A DNA stretch of 64,000 bases from Euglena gracilis (lineage: Eukaryota): positions 25,308,954 to 25,372,953 of the forward strand of contig CP154954.1 in NCBI GenBank assembly GCA_039621445.1, given 5' to 3'. Below are positions 60,969-64,000 of the stretch, piece after piece; the stretch's first letter is position 1; each line of letters starts with the position of its first letter. Made by a program: the position numbers and the translations under genes. Below the pieces are notes generated by a model. That model had not been told where the DNA came from and ran no database searches. It worked only from the letters and a program-made list of their open reading frames with translations.

Positions 60969-63900
60969 GTCTTAAAGTTCCCCCCATGCACTGCAAAAAA
61001 AATTATTCCTCCAGTTATTTGTATTTTAAATTGTTTTGTTTTCCCGACAAACAGCATTCTGGTGGTGTGCGTTTGTGTGTGCGAGCATGCGGCACCGCCT
61101 GCCTGTCCCATCAACCTCCGCCTGCTTCTCCAGGAGGAAAAGGAGATGGTCCATTCCCCGGAGGCCCAGGGCCACCCTCCGCCAAAGTAGCGGCGGAACG
61201 CCATCACCTTTGAACCCCGGGCTCCACCGCACTAAGGGTTTCAGCGACCTCTCGTTAGCTTTTGCCAGGGTGGCTGTAGTGGGCTCTGCTGCCAAAAACT
61301 GTGCGGGCTTTGGGTATGTATGTTTATGTTTTTTGGATCATAGAGTATGGGTGGAATGACGGAACATCAAAAAATTTACCATCGACCAAAGGCCCACCTA
61401 TTTGCCCAAAATTGCGATTGAAGAGGGGTTCCTTTTCCAATGTCTTAATTTTGTAAAATGTTTCCACCCCTCCGCGCGGCTTCGCAAAAGGTCCATTAAA
61501 CAAATTTTCAAAAGTGAATGGTGGAAAAAATTTTAGGAAAGAAAGGTGCTCTTGCAATCTTTTTATTTTCGCATATTTTTTTGTTTGGATTGGATTACAC
61601 AATGTGCCTTTCCAAAAATAATATTTCGAATGGAAATGAATTTTGAAAGGATTTTCGATAGTTTCTTTTTTGTTTTTCGGGGCAACCAGGCCGGCTTTGT
61701 TACTGACGCAGATGAGTGTGGAATCAAACGACAGTCCGAAGTGAAGAAAATTTACAAAAGACGAAAAGGAAGCGGAAAAGCGCTTCAATGAGAAGATGAA
61801 AAATTTATGTTATAAATCAAATGAAAGTGAATTCAGTTCAAACGGTGCATATCAAAGCCTAAATACAGCTGCTTTTCATTTCAGGAGGGATATGAAAAAC
61901 CTTACGCACTGAGCAATCAGATTAGGCATTAAGTTTAATTAATGTGCAACAAATCACAGTACAGTCACAACAAAATGTACACAAATAGAAGATACAGAAC
62001 GATACAGACCTGTAACTAAAGTCCCCGGGTGAGGATCACCGCCATCATGAGCGGGAGGAGGGAATACCTGCAAAAAAAACAGACGGTAAGTTGATGAATC
62101 GGTATTCCGCTTCCTGAAAATGAAAAGGAAGGAATTTCACCGATTCATATTATACTGCAGAGGTCCAAAACTGAAAAGAGTGCCACCAACGAAATTGAAA
62201 TCACTGCATGCTCAATGTAATAACAAACACTGCAGTCCCGAACAATCTTGAATGGATCATCAAACCCCACTGAGAAGATGCATCCGAAACAAAGCAGTAA
62301 AAAGCCATCAAGATCAAGATGCTGTAACGTCAGCTTAATTGCCAAACAAATGAATGAAATGAATGGTCTCAGCAACCCACGTCCCCCCGGCACACCACCC
62401 AGCTCCGCAGCCATGCCAACACCAAACACAAAGGAAAGACACGGGTGGTTCTGGTGTGACGAAGGTGTGCGCAGGTGTGATGGTGCGACGAAGGTTGGGG
62501 ACTGGGTCTGGATGGATGCACCAGCCCTGCACCTGCAGGCACTGCCCCTTCAGGACGTGCACTGACTGACCTGTCTGACATGTGCAGCGTGTGTCCCAGG
62601 TTTGCTGTATTGATATCCTTCAGTTTCAACCGGATTTTCTTCAATCACAGGTAAATCGTTGTAACCAAAGAGATCAAACTCCACGGTTTCTGGTTTTCTG
62701 GCTGGTTTTTCTCTCGTTTCCTTTGTCAGATCCACTGCAGATTCGGCAGATTTAGCTTGCTGATTTTGTTGCAATTTTTTCCGCTCCTGCTGTTACATTC
62801 GAAGTTCGCTGCACTGCTGTTGCAGTAAAACTCCAACCTGCTGTTTCATCTTTCATCTTTCATCGAATTTTCCATTTCCGCCCGGATTTTCAGTGTCTGG
62901 GTGGAGGTTCGTGTGACCTCGCCATAGAGGTGGCCGGGGGGGGGGGGCACAGAAATTAGGCACTGCAAAAAATGCCCAAAGAACTGCAAATTGTGTAAAA
63001 TACCGACCTTTCAAAACCAAATTTGAGCTGGGCGGCCCTGATGGACGGGGGTCGGGGGGGCTACTGGGCTGCTCTGGTTAGGTTGCAATTTTGGACCCGA
63101 GCCCTACTGATGGTTGGGGTGGAATTTTACCGTAACAGTTTAGACCGTGCCGCTGCGTCTGGGCTGGGCCAAAACCGGGGCCTGGCAGCAGCCCTCTGGT
63201 GGGATTTGCCAAATTGTAAAGAGATGTATGTGCCCCATAATAATCTACCACAACCACTGCTACTGCCAGTGCTGCTACAATGATGCTGTGCTCTGTTGTC
63301 CTAGGAGTAATCCGCATAACATACACCCAATGGAGGGAGCAGAAAGGTCTAAGTTTTGGAGTATACGTATTTGTTTGCTACCCAAAGAAAAACACATGAG
63401 AGGAATACCTCCTGTCTTTCTGTCTGCAAGGGGGTATATGCAACAAAGCCCCTCAAAATATGCAAATACGCAGATGCACTTTTATGTTGGAGAGGACATA
63501 ACGTTGGAAAGGATCATTTTTTCATCTCCTTCAGAAAAAAAATCACTTTGCGACATTAATGCATTTGGTGTGCAATACGGTGCATGTTTTTGGACAATCA
63601 TACAATTATTCAGATTTTTCTGTAACAGGACGCATAAAAGCATAAACAAAACAGTGTCTTTAACAAGTTTTTGAAAAATGCCAAAAAAAAAAGATCAAAA
63701 AATGCACCAAAACTGCACAAAAATGCACACCAAAAGAAAGAGTGGTGCAAACTTGCAAAATGACATTGGTTGGTTTGCCCAGTTTGCTTGACCTCATATT
63801 TCATTATGCAACGATTTTCACTGTTTAAGTTTCTGTGTAGAATTGGTCAAAAAAATTTTGAATTTTGCAACTTCCAGTATTCTTGGAGTAGAGCTGTTTG

Positions 63901-64000
63901 CCTGCACCTTCCCCTTGCCCTTGACACGCCAAAATATGGGGAAGGTGCGGTTGACAGGGGGGGGTGTCATGGACACACCGTGCCACATGTACTGTACCAT

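Larger units (their letters stand above)
39300..61740. repeat. Block B: rearranged, partly double copy of block A, carrying the PLE and transposon copy 3
   Basis: Same matches as block A, same orientation, visually ~75-85% identity. Confidence 0.88.

Overview
Repeat-dense eukaryotic (probably protist) DNA. I find no intact host gene, rRNA, tRNA or CRISPR array. The clearest element is a decayed Penelope-like retroelement (PLE) at ~55.36-60.97 kb on the + strand. Its GIY-YIG endonuclease lies upstream of the RT (the permuted Naiad/Chlamys-type order), it has direct pseudo-LTRs, and it carries unusual extras: CCCH zinc fingers and an OTU-like cysteine protease/deubiquitinase domain in frame after the RT thumb. 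A degenerate hammerhead-like motif sits between the ORF end and the restart of the ORF. Second, three full copies (~3.0-3.2 kb) and one partial copy of a non-autonomous DNA transposon are present. They have CTTAGGCG termini, perfect 5-bp TSDs and internal palindromes built on GCGCATTTGCGCAAATGCGC whose arms stay complementary within each copy while differing between copies. Third, a ~15 kb block (1.5-17 kb) recurs in diverged, rearranged form at 39.3-61.7 kb and appears to contain a heavily decayed tyrosine-recombinase (DIRS/Ngaro-like) retrotransposon on the - strand. The rest is MITEs (TA, 6-bp and 8-bp TSD types), LINE relics and a 1.7 kb compound microsatellite with higher-order structure. 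Domain calls are by-eye motif recognition, and percent identities are visual estimates.
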